From Chloroflexi bacterium OLB14 (GTDB taxonomy: Bacteria > Chloroflexota > Anaerolineae > Anaerolineales > Villigracilaceae): a stretch of DNA of 64,000 nucleotides. Shown one piece after another: positions 44,224 to 54,757 of the stretch; the stretch's first letter is position 1, and each line of letters opens with the position of its first letter. The notes under the pieces were generated by a model. The model was not told the DNA's origin. It ran no database searches and was given only the letters and a program-made list of their open reading frames with translations. The stretch covers positions 25,576 through 89,575 of the forward strand of contig LMZR01000072.1 of assembly GCA_001567105.1 (NCBI GenBank), read 5' to 3'. The position numbers and the translations under genes are program-made.

Positions 44224-46293
44224 TCAATCTGCTGCAGAAGTTTGTTTGGCTGAGGATTTGACTCGTACAGGTTCCATTTCTTTATCGGGCCAGGCGGCGA
44301 AGATGATGCCCACTAAAAACACTAATGAACCAATCCATAACCAATTGACTAATGGGTTGACATAAATTTTGAATGTGGCACCTGAATTGGAAACAGATTT
44401 CCAATCTACTAGTAAGATGTATAAATCATCTCTAAAAGTTGAGCGTTGACCAGGAATCGTCATAGTTTGTTCGGCATCGAAGAAATAATCAATGCGTGGG
44501 TATAGTTGACCAAGATAAATTCCGTTTTCATAAACGTCAACAACAGCGCGAGTGTAATTGACTCCATCGCTACGCACATCCCACGAAGCCAGTTCACGAT
44601 ATTCCACGCGATATTCGCCAATGTTTAATGATTCACCTTGTGCTACTGTGCCTTGAGTCTCTTGCTGGAAAAGTTCAATACCGAGAATACCAATTGCCAT
44701 CAACGCCATGCTGATGTGGATAATATATCCGCCATAGCGCCTTCTATTTCTCCGCATGAGATTAGATAAAGCAGAGAAGAAATTTTCATTTTTCGTTTTT
44801 TGCCTTGCCAGTGCACCACGATAAAATTCTTGTAAGGTTGCAAAGATAACCAAAGAAATTAAGAAGAAACCAGTTAGGGCGTAGAGGTTAGTTGAATAAA
44901 CAAAAAACAGGCTGACGGTCAAAACAAAAGAAGCGAGGATTGATTTCCATAAAGCTTTGCCGAGAGTTTGCATAGTTGAATGTCCCCAAGCAGAGAAGGG
45001 GGCAATTGCCATCAAAAATAATAAGGCAGAAAATAATGGGGCAGTGGCGCGTTCATAGTATGGTGGACCAACTGTCACTTTGAAGCCTGTTACCAATTCT
45101 GAAACGAGTGGGTAAATGACGCCCCAAAAACAAACTACTAGAATGCTGATGAAGATTAAATTGTTTAATAAAAATAAGGCTTCGCGTGAAAGTATAGATT
45201 TCATTTCTGTTTCACTACGGAGCAGGGGCCAGCGCCAAATTAATAGAGCAATTGATGCGATGAAGGTGGCACTGACGAAGCCCATAAAATATGGACCAAT
45301 GGGGCTGTTTGCAAAAGCATGTACTGATGATAAAACACCAGAACGTGTTAGGAATGTGCCGAAGATGACCAGTGCATAAGTGAGGATGATTAACACCATG
45401 TTCCATTGTTTTAACATGCCGCGTTTTTCTTGAATCATGACGGAGTGTAAAAAGGCTGTGCCTGTGAGCCACGGCATAAATGCCGCAATTTCAACAGGGT
45501 CCCAACCCCAATAGCCACCCCAACCTAAAACATCATAAGCCCAACGACCGCCTAGCACCAAGCCAAAAGATAAAAATAACCAAGCCCATAATGTCCAACG
45601 GCGGGTGATGCGTGTCCATCGGTCATCTGTTCGTCCTGTAATTAATGCGGCTATTGCAAATGCATACGGAATGACAAAGGAGACAAAACCTAGATAAAGC
45701 ATAGGCGGGTGAATAATCATGCCTGGATGGCGAAGCAAGGGGTTTAATCCGCGACCATTTTCTGGTGTGAAGATGGTTGCTGTTGTAGTAGGTTTGAACA
45801 TGCTTTCAACAACATTTCCTGATACGAGCCAATATCTTGAAAATGGATTTTCAAAGAAGATAATCATAAACAGGAAGAACGCCAGTGTGATAGCAGATAC
45901 CACAATAACCCATGGCAAAAACTCAATATCTCTATCCCATTTTCGTAAGGTGACTAATGATGTAAATGAAGCTAATAACCAAGACCAAAATAACATCGAC
46001 CCTGCTTGTCCGCCCCACCATGCAGTAATTTTCAAATAAGTAGGCATACTAAGGCTGGTAACTTCATAAACAAAGGTTACTTCGAAATGGTTATTAACTA
46101 GCAAAAATATTAAAGTTAATGATGAAATTGAAATCAAAGGAAAGGAAAGTAATTGCGCCCGCCTAGCACTTTCAATTAAAGATGTTGATTTTTTTCTAAC
46201 CCCTAAAAAAGCGGTAATGCCGCTATATAAAGTAACTATTAAACTTACAACTAAAACGCCATATCCGAATTCTACAAACATATTTTTATCCAC
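44224..46293 (-). CDS. ccmF: cytochrome c heme lyase subunit CcmF
   Basis: 689 aa, polytopic, WGGYWGWDPVE W-rich motif. Confidence 0.9.
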   Translation of the reverse strand: MDKNMFVEFGYGVLVVSLIVTLYSGITAFLGVRKKSTSLIESARRAQLLSFPLISISSLTLIFLLVNNHFEVTFVYEVTSLSMPTYLKITAWWGGQAGSMLFWSWLLASFTSLVTLRKWDRDIEFLPWVIVVSAITLAFFLFMIIFFENPFSRYWLVSGNVVESMFKPTTTATIFTPENGRGLNPLLRHPGMIIHPPMLYLGFVSFVIPYAFAIAALITGRTDDRWTRITRRWTLWAWLFLSFGLVLGGRWAYDVLGWGGYWGWDPVEIAAFMPWLTGTAFLHSVMIQEKRGMLKQWNMVLIILTYALVIFGTFLTRSGVLSSVHAFANSPIGPYFMGFVSATFIASIALLIWRWPLLRSETEMKSILSREALFLLNNLIFISILVVCFWGVIYPLVSELVTGFKVTVGPPYYERATAPLFSALLFLMAIAPFSAWGHSTMQTLGKALWKSILASFVLTVSLFFVYSTNLYALTGFFLISLVIFATLQEFYRGALARQKTKNENFFSALSNLMRRNRRRYGGYIIHISMALMAIGILGIELFQQETQGTVAQGESLNIGEYRVEYRELASWDVRSDGVNYTRAVVDVYENGIYLGQLYPRIDYFFDAEQTMTIPGQRSTFRDDLYILLVDWKSVSNSGATFKIYVNPLVNWLWIGSLVFLVGIIFAAWPDKEMEPVRVKSSAKQTSAAD

Positions 46294-46358
46294 CGATTTT
46301 TTCTAATTTTCACTACCCTATAAATTCTTATAAAGTAGTGAAAATTGACGGATTATTT

Positions 46359-46850
46359 TTAAGGGTGAGCACTTTGCTCTGGCATTGCCTCTTCGTAACG
46401 AGTGGGGCATTTTAACAATAATTCGGTGGCATGGAAAACGCCATCAGCATCCAATGTGCCCGTCATAATAGCTTGTGCTTCGCCACGTAACAAATCTGGT
46501 TTTACGCCAATATAAATCACCTTCACCCGCGCTCGTGTGGGGTCCATCACGGCTTGATATAAAACCTCAGCCAAACCGCCTTGCTCTTCAATTTCTTGAA
46601 AATCGGCAGGGGCATGAGCAATTTCAAATGTTAAGGTTAATGTATTGGGGTCATATTGAATGGTATCTCCTACCACAGCCCCCGTAATTCGCAAACTATC
46701 TCCCACAATTGCAGGTCCTTCTGCCAACATTTCATCTACTGTCATAAACCGTTCAGCACTGGCAGATGTGGCTGAAAAAATAAGATATGCCACAGCGGCT
46801 AAAATCATCACGCCGCCGATTATAAATTTAGGTTTCATGTATTTCTCCAA
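46359..46850 (-). CDS. ccmE: heme chaperone CcmE, Cys-type (CxxxY) variant
   Basis: LRITGAVVGDTIQYDPNTLTLTFEI and ATELLLKCPTRYEE align with E. coli LRVGGMV..RDPNSLKVTFTI and AKEVLAKHDENY. Cys (46407-46409) replaces the heme-binding His. Confidence 0.85.
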   Translation of the reverse strand: MEKYMKPKFIIGGVMILAAVAYLIFSATSASAERFMTVDEMLAEGPAIVGDSLRITGAVVGDTIQYDPNTLTLTFEIAHAPADFQEIEEQGGLAEVLYQAVMDPTRARVKVIYIGVKPDLLRGEAQAIMTGTLDADGVFHATELLLKCPTRYEEAMPEQSAHP

Positions 46851-46924
46851 GAAAATATTTCATCTTCTATTTTACACAGAGAGATTAATTACGGGTGAGT
46901 GTTCCATTATGGTATATTACATAC

Positions 46925-47071
46925 ATGATCGAACAAACTGGTCCCCCAATTGAACTTACTATTATCTTAGTTTGCTTTTGTGGTTTATTTGTCTTAGTGC
47001 TTGGCGTTGTTGTTTTAGGATTTATCGTCCGCAAAGATGCAGGGAAAAATAATAAAGAAGATAAATTGTAG
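46925..47071 (+). CDS. possible 48-aa single-TM protein
   Basis: MIEQTGPPIELTIILVCFCGLFVLVLGVVVLGFIVRKDAGKNNKEDKL; no clear RBS. Confidence 0.3.
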   Translation: MIEQTGPPIELTIILVCFCGLFVLVLGVVVLGFIVRKDAGKNNKEDKL

Positions 47072-47073
47072 GC

Positions 47074-47127
47074 ACCGTCCCGCAGGTTTTGTTAAACGAG
47101 AAAATTCTGATTAAAAACCTGCGGGAC
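47074..47127. repeat. inverted repeat ACCGTCCCGCAGGTTT ... AAACCTGCGGGAC (REP/terminator)
   Basis: Same family as 12628-12682 and 36085-36100. Confidence 0.6.
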
Positions 47128-47130
47128 ATT

Positions 47131-48030
47131 TTATTTGGCTTGGATGAAAAATTCAAGCGCCTCTATATCCGCACCGACAGAGGATACTGAAAAACGAAAC
47201 TGAGTCAACACCCCAGCCTGAGTCGCTGCGCGGCTTTCCCAACGTTTGACTCCGTTGACAGTTCCGTTTTTGTCATAAGCCACAGCCACAATCCACACTT
47301 GATTTGCAGATGCTGAAAGGATGTATTGCCCGTTCACGTTTGCAAAATTTCCGTCAATTTCAGTGACGCTGTTGTTAATAGTCGCTGACACATAATTACT
47401 TACATTTCCTTGATATGCACTCAACAACTGCACTTGTGGATTAACTTTCTGATTCACATTTGAAAAATAAACATACACAGGTAAAGATGAATTAGCAGGG
47501 ATAATATCTAAAATGGTGAAGGCTTCATCACTTGCGATTACATTATTCGCTTCATCTAATAAATTAAATTTTACGGAAACATTCTCAAGCATATTTGCCG
47601 AGTTATTTTGAATCAAAGCGAAACAATGCAAGCCAGAGGAATTGTCAGCATGGCAAACGGTTTGGGTAATTGGAACAGGCAGAGGCGTGGGTGTCGAAGC
47701 GGCGGCGAAAATAGCAGATGGGTCTGGGATGATGAGGCTTTGTCCAACAGGCATAGCGTTGGGGCTGACATCTGGATTCGCCGCTCTTAAATCCGAAATT
47801 GAAACCTTAAATTTTTCGGCAACCTCGCTGAAAGTATCACCTTGCTCAACGATATAAATATGTGGCGTGTTGGTAGGAATGGGCGTTGTTTCAACAATTA
47901 AAACATTTGGCGTGTTTGTATTTTGTGGCGTGTTGGTAAGATAAGGTTGTAAAGAAATATTTGTAGTGGGCTGATTTGGTGAAGCACACGAGGCTAGAAG
48001 CAAAACACAAAATAATAATTTTTTTTGCAT
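47131..48030 (-). CDS. LysM domain lipoprotein
   Basis: Lipobox LASC; YIVEQGDTFSEVAEKFKVSISDLRAANP LysM motif. Confidence 0.75.
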   Translation of the reverse strand: MQKKLLFCVLLLASCASPNQPTTNISLQPYLTNTPQNTNTPNVLIVETTPIPTNTPHIYIVEQGDTFSEVAEKFKVSISDLRAANPDVSPNAMPVGQSLIIPDPSAIFAAASTPTPLPVPITQTVCHADNSSGLHCFALIQNNSANMLENVSVKFNLLDEANNVIASDEAFTILDIIPANSSLPVYVYFSNVNQKVNPQVQLLSAYQGNVSNYVSATINNSVTEIDGNFANVNGQYILSASANQVWIVAVAYDKNGTVNGVKRWESRAATQAGVLTQFRFSVSSVGADIEALEFFIQAK

Positions 48031-48126
48031 GAGGGGATTATAATGGAGTAAATGTACCGCAAGATTTATCTTGCGTTTTTACGCGCGACATAAATGTCGC
48101 GGTACTTATAAAAAATTGGAGGTAAC

Positions 48127-49104
48127 ATGCAATATCGTCATTTAGGTAAAACAGGAATTCAAGTTAGTGAATTATCGTTTGGCTCGTGGGTCACATTTCA
48201 TAATCAAGTGGATGTAAAGCCCGCAGTGGATATGATGGCGGCGGCGTATGAACACGGCGTAAATTTTTTTGATAACGCTGAAGTGTATGCCAGTGGAAAA
48301 TCTGAAGAGGTGATGGGGAAAGCCTTGAAAGAATTAAAATGGCGCAGAAGTAGTTATTTGGTTTCAACAAAAATTTATTGGGGCTTGCATGATAATGTTA
48401 ATGAAAAAGATACATTGAATCGCAAACGATTAATTGAAGGTATCAATGGTTCGCTTGAAAGATTGCAATTGGATTATGTAGATTTGCTATATTGTCACCG
48501 CCCTGATAAAACTACACCGATAGAAGAAACTGTTTGGGCAATGCACAATATTATCGAATGGGGCAAAGCCCTGTATTGGGGAACATCGGAATGGGCGGCT
48601 TCGGAAATTGTGGAAGCGATTCATATTGCTGAAAAACATCATTTGCATAAACCTGTGGTGGAACAACCTCAATACAACATGTTTGAAAGAAAACGGCTTG
48701 AAGGTGATTACGTCCGCTTTTATAAAGAATATGGCTATGGCACAACTACTTGGAGTCCTTTAGCATCGGGTTTGCTTTCAGGAAAATATAAAGATGGCAT
48801 TCCAAGTGATAGCCGCGCTTCTTTGAAAAACTATAGCTGGCTGAAAAAGCATATGACAGATAAAAGCAAACTTGATAAAGTCAATGCACTTGAACCCATT
48901 GCTAAAGATTTAGGTTGCACACTTTCACAATTGGCATTGGCTTGGTGTTTGAAAAATCCATTTGTTAGCACGGTCATCACAGGTGCTAGCCGTGTTGAGC
49001 AAGTGCATGAAAATATGAAAGCATCAGAAGTTAAATTGACGCAAGAAGTTATGGATAAGATTGATGTGATTTTTGAAATTAAAAAAGAAGAGGAAGAAGA
49101 TTAA
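48127..49104 (+). CDS. aldo/keto reductase (Kv-beta-like)
   Basis: GxxxxxxSxGxW N-terminus, [15 protein letters not shown]. Confidence 0.85.
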   Translation: MQYRHLGKTGIQVSELSFGSWVTFHNQVDVKPAVDMMAAAYEHGVNFFDNAEVYASGKSEEVMGKALKELKWRRSSYLVSTKIYWGLHDNVNEKDTLNRKRLIEGINGSLERLQLDYVDLLYCHRPDKTTPIEETVWAMHNIIEWGKALYWGTSEWAASEIVEAIHIAEKHHLHKPVVEQPQYNMFERKRLEGDYVRFYKEYGYGTTTWSPLASGLLSGKYKDGIPSDSRASLKNYSWLKKHMTDKSKLDKVNALEPIAKDLGCTLSQLALAWCLKNPFVSTVITGASRVEQVHENMKASEVKLTQEVMDKIDVIFEIKKEEEED

Positions 49105-49110
49105 GAATAT

Positions 49111-49144
49111 AAAACTCCGAGGTCTTTAAGACCTCGGAGTTTTT
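49111..49144. terminator. bidirectional terminator between the AKR and thyX genes
   Basis: AAAACTCCGAGGTC ttta AGACCTCGGAGTTTT. Confidence 0.8.
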
Positions 49145-49150
49145 GTTTAA

Positions 49151-50559
49151 CTATATTTTCACAAAATGATTTTCTTCCACACTTTGCCACGTCTCATCAT
49201 GTCGCTTCATGTATTTTGCTAACAGCGGATGCACACTCGAAATTTCTTCGTAAATTTTTTGCGCCACACGTCGAATTGAAAAATGAGCATTCGCCGCACT
49301 GCGCAACTGACAAAATGCAAACGCTTCTCTCAAATTGAATTGTGCTAACACACGGCGATTAAATCCATTGGGGACGATATATTGCGCCACATCTGGATTA
49401 AATTGATATAACTTTTCATACATTTGAATTGCTGATTCCATCACCGCTTCATATTGTGACCCGAAACCTGCTTCTGTTATCAAACGCGGAGTTGTGAATC
49501 CCAGCCTTGTGGTTAATCGTTGTGCAGTCTGTGACATCATGCGGTGACGTTTAAATTCAGCATAGGCACCTTGATCCATGATTAAGTCAAATGTGTAATT
49601 GCAATATTCCAATTCTCGTAATGGAACGTCAAATTTATCAAGTTTGCCAAGTAATGTTTGGGCGAGATATTCTTTATCATTCAGTGACTTAACATAATCC
49701 AAAGCATTTTCATAACTCATTTCGCCAAATCTATACAACGCCGCAGCTAAGACTTTATTTTCGCCATCTTTGTCATATTCAATCAATGAACACCACTTAC
49801 CACTTTCCACTTTCCAATCTCCAGTCTCTAATTCCTCAATTTCTTTCATGGTCTCAACCATATACGCATTCACATCAGCATACTTAACCAACGTAGGAGT
49901 CTCCGCTTTAGAAACTTCTTTTACTCGCTCACCAATCTGCCTCACTTCTGCTAGTGGATGTGAAAGCATTTTGCGAATCGTATTTTCGATTACACGCGCG
50001 TTGGCGGTCATACCTACATTTGCATTGGCGGCGGCTGGCAAAATAAAAACGACATCTATCTACATATTGAGAACGGATGCGCCGATCAAATGCTTCATCG
50101 GATTCGTTTTCTTTGCGAGTCACTCGCTGCACGACAAGATTCTTTACAGGTTGCAATGAGTCAGCATAAGTCGAAAAAAGGAGGCGGACGGTTTTCGTAA
50201 ATTCATCAAGTAGGGGATGATTATCAAGTTCGGGCGGAATCGTAAAATCATCTTGTCCCCATTTTTGATAACGCGTTGATTTTTCGGTGTAAGATGCTAA
50301 ACGATTTCCTTCAATGGCTTCGATGGCGATGCGCGAAACATTTTCAAAAGCGATGTGCAAGACGGCATGTTCCGCAACCGAAGCGTGACCATAACCAACA
50401 ACCCATTTTTCATGAAACTGCGCAGATTTTTTCGTCACTGAGTTCATTTGCAATTTCACGAAATGATTCAGGCGCACGTGATGTTTTTGCAAATGCAACC
50501 GCGATTGTTTCAGGGCTGAGTGCGCGTGGTGATAATAAATAAATTTCTCGTTCAGGCAT
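49151..50559 (-). CDS. thyX: long-form ThyX-like FAD-dependent thymidylate synthase, split by two homopolymer frameshifts
   Basis: RHRMMSQ ThyX motif. Junction 1 at T6 50427-50432 reads SDEKSAQFHEKWVVGYGH after correction. Junction 2 at A5 50045-50049 reads VDRCRFILPAAANANVGMTANAR after correction. Start re-called to MPEREIY after AAGGAG. Confidence 0.7.
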
Positions 50560-50577
50560 GGTTTCTCCTTGTAATAT

Positions 50578-50672
50578 GTCATTGCGAGTCACGCACTTGT
50601 TCTTTGTGGCGAAGCAATCTCCAATTTAATAATAAGATGCTTTGTCGGGAAATGCACCCTCCTCGCAATGAC
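50578..50672. repeat. element bounded by GTCATTGCGAG / CTCGCAATGAC inverted repeats
   Basis: Direct read; 11-bp perfect inverted repeat spaced about 73 nt. Confidence 0.55.
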
Positions 50673-50727
50673 ATAAATTTTTTATAAAAAAGCCATCAAC
50701 AAATTTTATGCTGATGGCTTTTATGTT

Positions 50728-51069
50728 TTATCCAAAACCTTTCATTTGTCTGCCGCCGAGCAAATGCAAATGAATGTGAAATACAGTCTGCCCGCCTTCT
50801 TGATTGGTATTCATCGTCAAACGATAACCACTTTCGGCAATGCCTTCTTTTTCCGCTAAATTTTTTGCAACCATAAATAAATGACCAATCAATTGTTCAT
50901 CATCTGTTGTTAAAAAATTAACAGAGTCAATGTGTTTATTTGGCACAATCAAAATATGAGTTGGCGCTGCGGGGTTTATATCACGAAATGCGGTTGCTTG
51001 CTCATCTTTATACACATTCGTGCTAGGAATTTCACCTGCAATGATTTTACAAAAAATACAATCAGTCAT
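50728..51069 (-). CDS. HIT family protein
   Basis: HIHLHLLGG histidine triad. Confidence 0.88.
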   Translation of the reverse strand: MTDCIFCKIIAGEIPSTNVYKDEQATAFRDINPAAPTHILIVPNKHIDSVNFLTTDDEQLIGHLFMVAKNLAEKEGIAESGYRLTMNTNQEGGQTVFHIHLHLLGGRQMKGFG

Positions 51070-51090
51070 CTTGTGTCTCCTGCTTTTTTT

Positions 51091-51246
51091 GCGTTATTCG
51101 CCCATTAGCGAAATTCGCGTTAAATCTTTATCTAAAATCTTAATGCGAAATCCGCGAAAAAGCGAAAAGCGCGAATTTTTGATTTTACTTTCGTGTTATT
51201 CGCCCATTAGCGATATTCGCGTTAAATCTTTAACCTTTGTGTTTAA
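51091..51246. repeat. non-coding element with a 40-bp direct repeat (38 of 40 identical)
   Basis: GCGTTATTCGCCCATTAGCGAAATTCGCGTTAAATCTTTA at 51091-51130 against GTGTTATTCGCCCATTAGCGATATTCGCGTTAAATCTTTA at 51193-51232. Confidence 0.75.
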
Positions 51247-52320
51247 TTAAGGACTTGGTATCGGTGAATATTCTGGTTCACAAACTGTTTCATAATATTG
51301 ATATTCTACTTCTTTATTAGCTTGAGCATACCTACTATATTCTTTTCCAATACTTCTGGCAATATCAATTGCCATTAACGCTTCTTGAGGGGAATATGTT
51401 GGCAATGTCATCAACGGGTCATCAATTACACCTTCAGGAATCAAATTAGGTCTTTGCGGGTCAACGTCATCAGCCAATGGAACCCAATTGTACATGATAG
51501 GACCGCGTGCATTCATTGTAAAGCCCATTTTGAAGCGCAATTGACGTGCGGCTTCAACGGGTCGAAAACCAAATCCACCATTGGGCCAAATAATTGCCAA
51601 AGGATTTTTTCCATAAATATTTGCAAAACCAGCCCACGAACCTTGCAACTCACGCGCAATCACATTCTTAGCAGAATCATCTGATAACTTTGTATTTGCA
51701 AACACACCTTGTGCTTGATGGTCAACCAAGCCTTCACGCTCAAGCGAAATATTTTGGTCAATCAATTCATTGGGCGTATCGGGGTCGCTTACCCAACCAT
51801 TAACGACAGACCACTTCCAATTTGTCCAATAATCACCAAAGACAATATTAAAATATTCTTCATCATGGTTTCCATCTTGGATTAAATATACCGAGCGTTG
51901 GGGGATGGCTGCATTTCTTTCAACAAACCCTTGTAACTGCTCTGTGTTAATCGCCTCAAACCCCTGACTTTTAAGTTGGTTCATTAACCCTCGAACTTCA
52001 TTTAACGGGATGCTATTTGGAAGTTCTGCTGTTCCACGATTAATATTTTGGAATCGAATTACTAAGACTACAGTGCCAATAGTTGCATTTAGCGGATTCC
52101 ATTTGTTGCGTAAATATCTGCAAGTCTCTTCTATATAAGTGTGTGGAATATCTAATGGATTAAGCAATGTTGTTTGAAACGTCTCAGGTAAATAGGGCAG
52201 TGTGGCTATGGGAGTAATCTCTTGTGTAGGAGACGTGGATTGGCAAGAAATTAAAATAGCCACAATCATAAACAAAGTAAGAAAGCGCAAAAGAATTTGT
52301 TGAAGAGGAATTTGTTTCAT
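51247..52320 (-). CDS. polysaccharide deacetylase-like lipoprotein (divergent)
   Basis: Lipobox ISC; paralogous to 52385-53557; IWPNGGFGFRPVEAARQLRFKMGFT resembles a NodB-type C-terminal half. Confidence 0.45.
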   Translation of the reverse strand: MKQIPLQQILLRFLTLFMIVAILISCQSTSPTQEITPIATLPYLPETFQTTLLNPLDIPHTYIEETCRYLRNKWNPLNATIGTVVLVIRFQNINRGTAELPNSIPLNEVRGLMNQLKSQGFEAINTEQLQGFVERNAAIPQRSVYLIQDGNHDEEYFNIVFGDYWTNWKWSVVNGWVSDPDTPNELIDQNISLEREGLVDHQAQGVFANTKLSDDSAKNVIARELQGSWAGFANIYGKNPLAIIWPNGGFGFRPVEAARQLRFKMGFTMNARGPIMYNWVPLADDVDPQRPNLIPEGVIDDPLMTLPTYSPQEALMAIDIARSIGKEYSRYAQANKEVEYQYYETVCEPEYSPIPSP

Positions 52321-52321
52321 T

Positions 52322-52365
52322 ATATTATTTGCTTTTCGCGCCGAGGGCGGCGACTTGAGCGAATA
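52322..52365. repeat. GC-rich REP-like hairpin (CGCGCCGAGGGCGGCGACTTGAGC)
   Basis: Same family as 24254-24296. Confidence 0.5.
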
Positions 52366-52384
52366 GTTAGGTTAAAAACGCGAC

Positions 52385-53557
52385 CTACGGAATTGCTCCA
52401 TACGTTGGCGCACAGACGATATCATAATATTCAAGTTCAATGGCTTTGTTTTGTTGGGCGTAGGCTTTGGCTTCTTCACCAATTGCGCGGACAGAGTCGA
52501 TGTTTTCGCGAGCACTTGTGCTCCAATAACGAGGTATGGTCATTAGCGGGTTACCTGCTGGTACTTCAGGAATTGCTAATGGATTTGATTGGCTAACTGC
52601 CTCTGCTTGTGGAATCCAGTTATACATTATAGGTCCACGTTGGTTAACGGTGAAGCCAAGTTTGTAACCAAGTTGTGTGCCAATTTCTACAGCACGTTTA
52701 CTAAATCCACCGCCAGGCCAAATATAACCAACTGGTGTTTTGTTCATATATTTTTGTAAAGTTGTAATCACACCTTGCATTTCACTGGTGATAAATTCAT
52801 CGGTTGAAGAATCGCCGATGGGAATATTATGAATATATCCATGTGCTTGATAATCTACCCAACCTTCGGCAGATAAAGCTGCGTTTTCTGCCCATAAATC
52901 TGTACGTTCATCAATACCAATATAAGCATTGATAACGGGCCAACCCCAATCTTCATAATAACCCCGAAAATGGTCGTTGAAGTATTCTGCAAAATGACGG
53001 TCATCAACAATCATCAAAACAGAACGCTCAGGGATTTTGGCATTATCGTACATAAAATCTACCATTTGTTGCATGGTGATAGATTGAAAGCCGAATTCGT
53101 GCAAATCGTTCATAATTTTTTTATGTTCTTCAACTGTGATGTCGTTGCCACTGGCTTCACCTTTGTTAATGCCATGATGCATAATCACCATACTACTGTG
53201 CCAGGCGTGGATTTAGTTGAGTCCCATTTATTTTTTAAGTATTGACAAGTATCAGCAACATAAGTTCTTGGCAAATTTTCTGGGTTCAAAATTGCAGTTT
53301 GAAATGTGTTTGGTAATGCAGGTGGTGTTCTTGGCACAGTTGCTGTTGGAATGGGTGTGTCAGTTGGTGCTGGCGTTTTGAGTCGGTTGGCTGAGTTCTG
53401 CTATGGCGGTTTCAATGGCTTGGGTCATTACAAAGTTTGGAGTTTCAGTGGCTGGAGATTGACAAGAGGTTAATAGTACAGCAACCAAGCACAGGCTAAG
53501 TATGAAGCGGAGTCGTAAATCGTAAATCGTAATTGGTAATTGGTAATTATTTTGCAT
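52385..53557 (-). CDS. polysaccharide deacetylase-like lipoprotein paralogue, split by two 1-nt indels
   Basis: Three pieces join: MQNNYQ...LTSCQSP...QPT, then KTPAPTDTPIPT...TCQYLKNKWDSTKSTPGTVV, then MVIMHHGINKG. They are colinear with the 51247-52320 paralogue. Indels at 53376-53379 and about 53191. Confidence 0.55.
53514..53548. repeat. 5-unit heptamer array at the 5' end of the deacetylase paralogue
   Basis: CGTAAAT CGTAAAT CGTAATT GGTAATT GGTAATT. Confidence 0.85.
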
Positions 53558-53580
53558 AAAATTTATTCTACACTAAAAAA

Positions 53581-53609
53581 TGAGACATCTGCATTTTGCA
53601 AATGTCTCA
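53581..53609 (-). terminator. terminator downstream of ino1
   Basis: TGAGACATCTGCA ttt TGCAAATGTCTCA with a T-run on the minus strand. Confidence 0.7.
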
Positions 53610-53642
53610 TTAATATCTGTTTACTGTTCACTGATTACTGTT

Positions 53643-54731
53643 TTACTCATCACTTTTTCCTGAAATAAAATCTTCAACTTTTTGATGAGCGATTTCATCT
53701 TTGAATTGTTTAGGTGGCGTTTTGAAAAAGTAAGATGATGGACCAATGATGGGACCTGCAAGTTCTCTATCCAGCGCGATTTTTGCACAACGCACGGCAT
53801 CCATCATCACGCCAGCAGAATTAGGACTATCCCACACTTCAAGTTTTAATTCGAGATTCAATGGTACATTTCCAAACGTTGTGCCTTCCATGCGGATGTA
53901 ACACCACTTGCGATCAGTGAGCCACGGCACATGATCACTTGGGCCAACATGCACATCATTGGGATTCATTTCATACGGAATCATGCTGGTGACTGCATTT
54001 GTTTTTGAAATCTTTTTTGATTCAAGACGTTCACGTTCAAGCATGTTTAAGAAATCGGTATTGCCACCAAAATTTAATTGATAGGTGCGGTCAATTTTCA
54101 CGCCTCGATCTACAAACAAGCTGGTCAATACTCGATGTACAATCGTTGCGCCAACTTGACTTTTAATATCATCACCAAGAATCGGCAAGCCTGCATCTGC
54201 AAAACGTTTGCCCCAATATTCAGATGAGGCAATGAAAACAGGAATGCCATTGACAAATGCACAACCCGCTTCAATCACTTGTTCAACATACCATTTGGTT
54301 GCCATCTCTGAACCAACGGGTAAGAAGTTAATCACTACATCGGTGTGTGTATCTTTTAACAATTGAGCAATGTTAGCAGTGGAGCCTGGTGCTTTTTGAA
54401 TCATGCCACTTAGGTATTTTCCTAAGCCGTCGTGAGTCATACCACGCACTACGGGTACATTTAATTTTGGAACATCTGCAAATTTATAGGTGTTGTTGGG
54501 TTCGGCAAAAATCGCTTCGGATAAATCTTTGCCAACTTTGGTGGCGTTGACATCAATGCCTAAGGTGAATTCAATATCTTTGATGTGATAGTCTCCAATT
54601 TTGGCGTGCATAATGCCAGGGATGACATCGTCATTTTTTTGCGTTTTTTGTAAAATTGCACGCCTTGTACTAATGAAGAAGCGCAATTTCCAACGCCAAT
54701 AATTGCCACACGAACTTTTTTTACTTGCCAT
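53643..54731 (-). CDS. ino1: myo-inositol-1-phosphate synthase, N-terminus scrambled by two compensating homopolymer indels
   Basis: Correcting T7 54716-54722 restores [29 protein letters not shown]. The frame returns at the runs 54634-54649. Start re-called after the GGAG RBS. Confidence 0.85.
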   Translation of the reverse strand: MASKKSSCGNYWRWKLRFFISTRRAILQKTQKNDDVIPGIMHAKIGDYHIKDIEFTLGIDVNATKVGKDLSEAIFAEPNNTYKFADVPKLNVPVVRGMTHDGLGKYLSGMIQKAPGSTANIAQLLKDTHTDVVINFLPVGSEMATKWYVEQVIEAGCAFVNGIPVFIASSEYWGKRFADAGLPILGDDIKSQVGATIVHRVLTSLFVDRGVKIDRTYQLNFGGNTDFLNMLERERLESKKISKTNAVTSMIPYEMNPNDVHVGPSDHVPWLTDRKWCYIRMEGTTFGNVPLNLELKLEVWDSPNSAGVMMDAVRCAKIALDRELAGPIIGPSSYFFKTPPKQFKDEIAHQKVEDFISGKSDE

Positions 54732-54757
54732 AAAATACTCTCCTTGAGATTGAGTTT

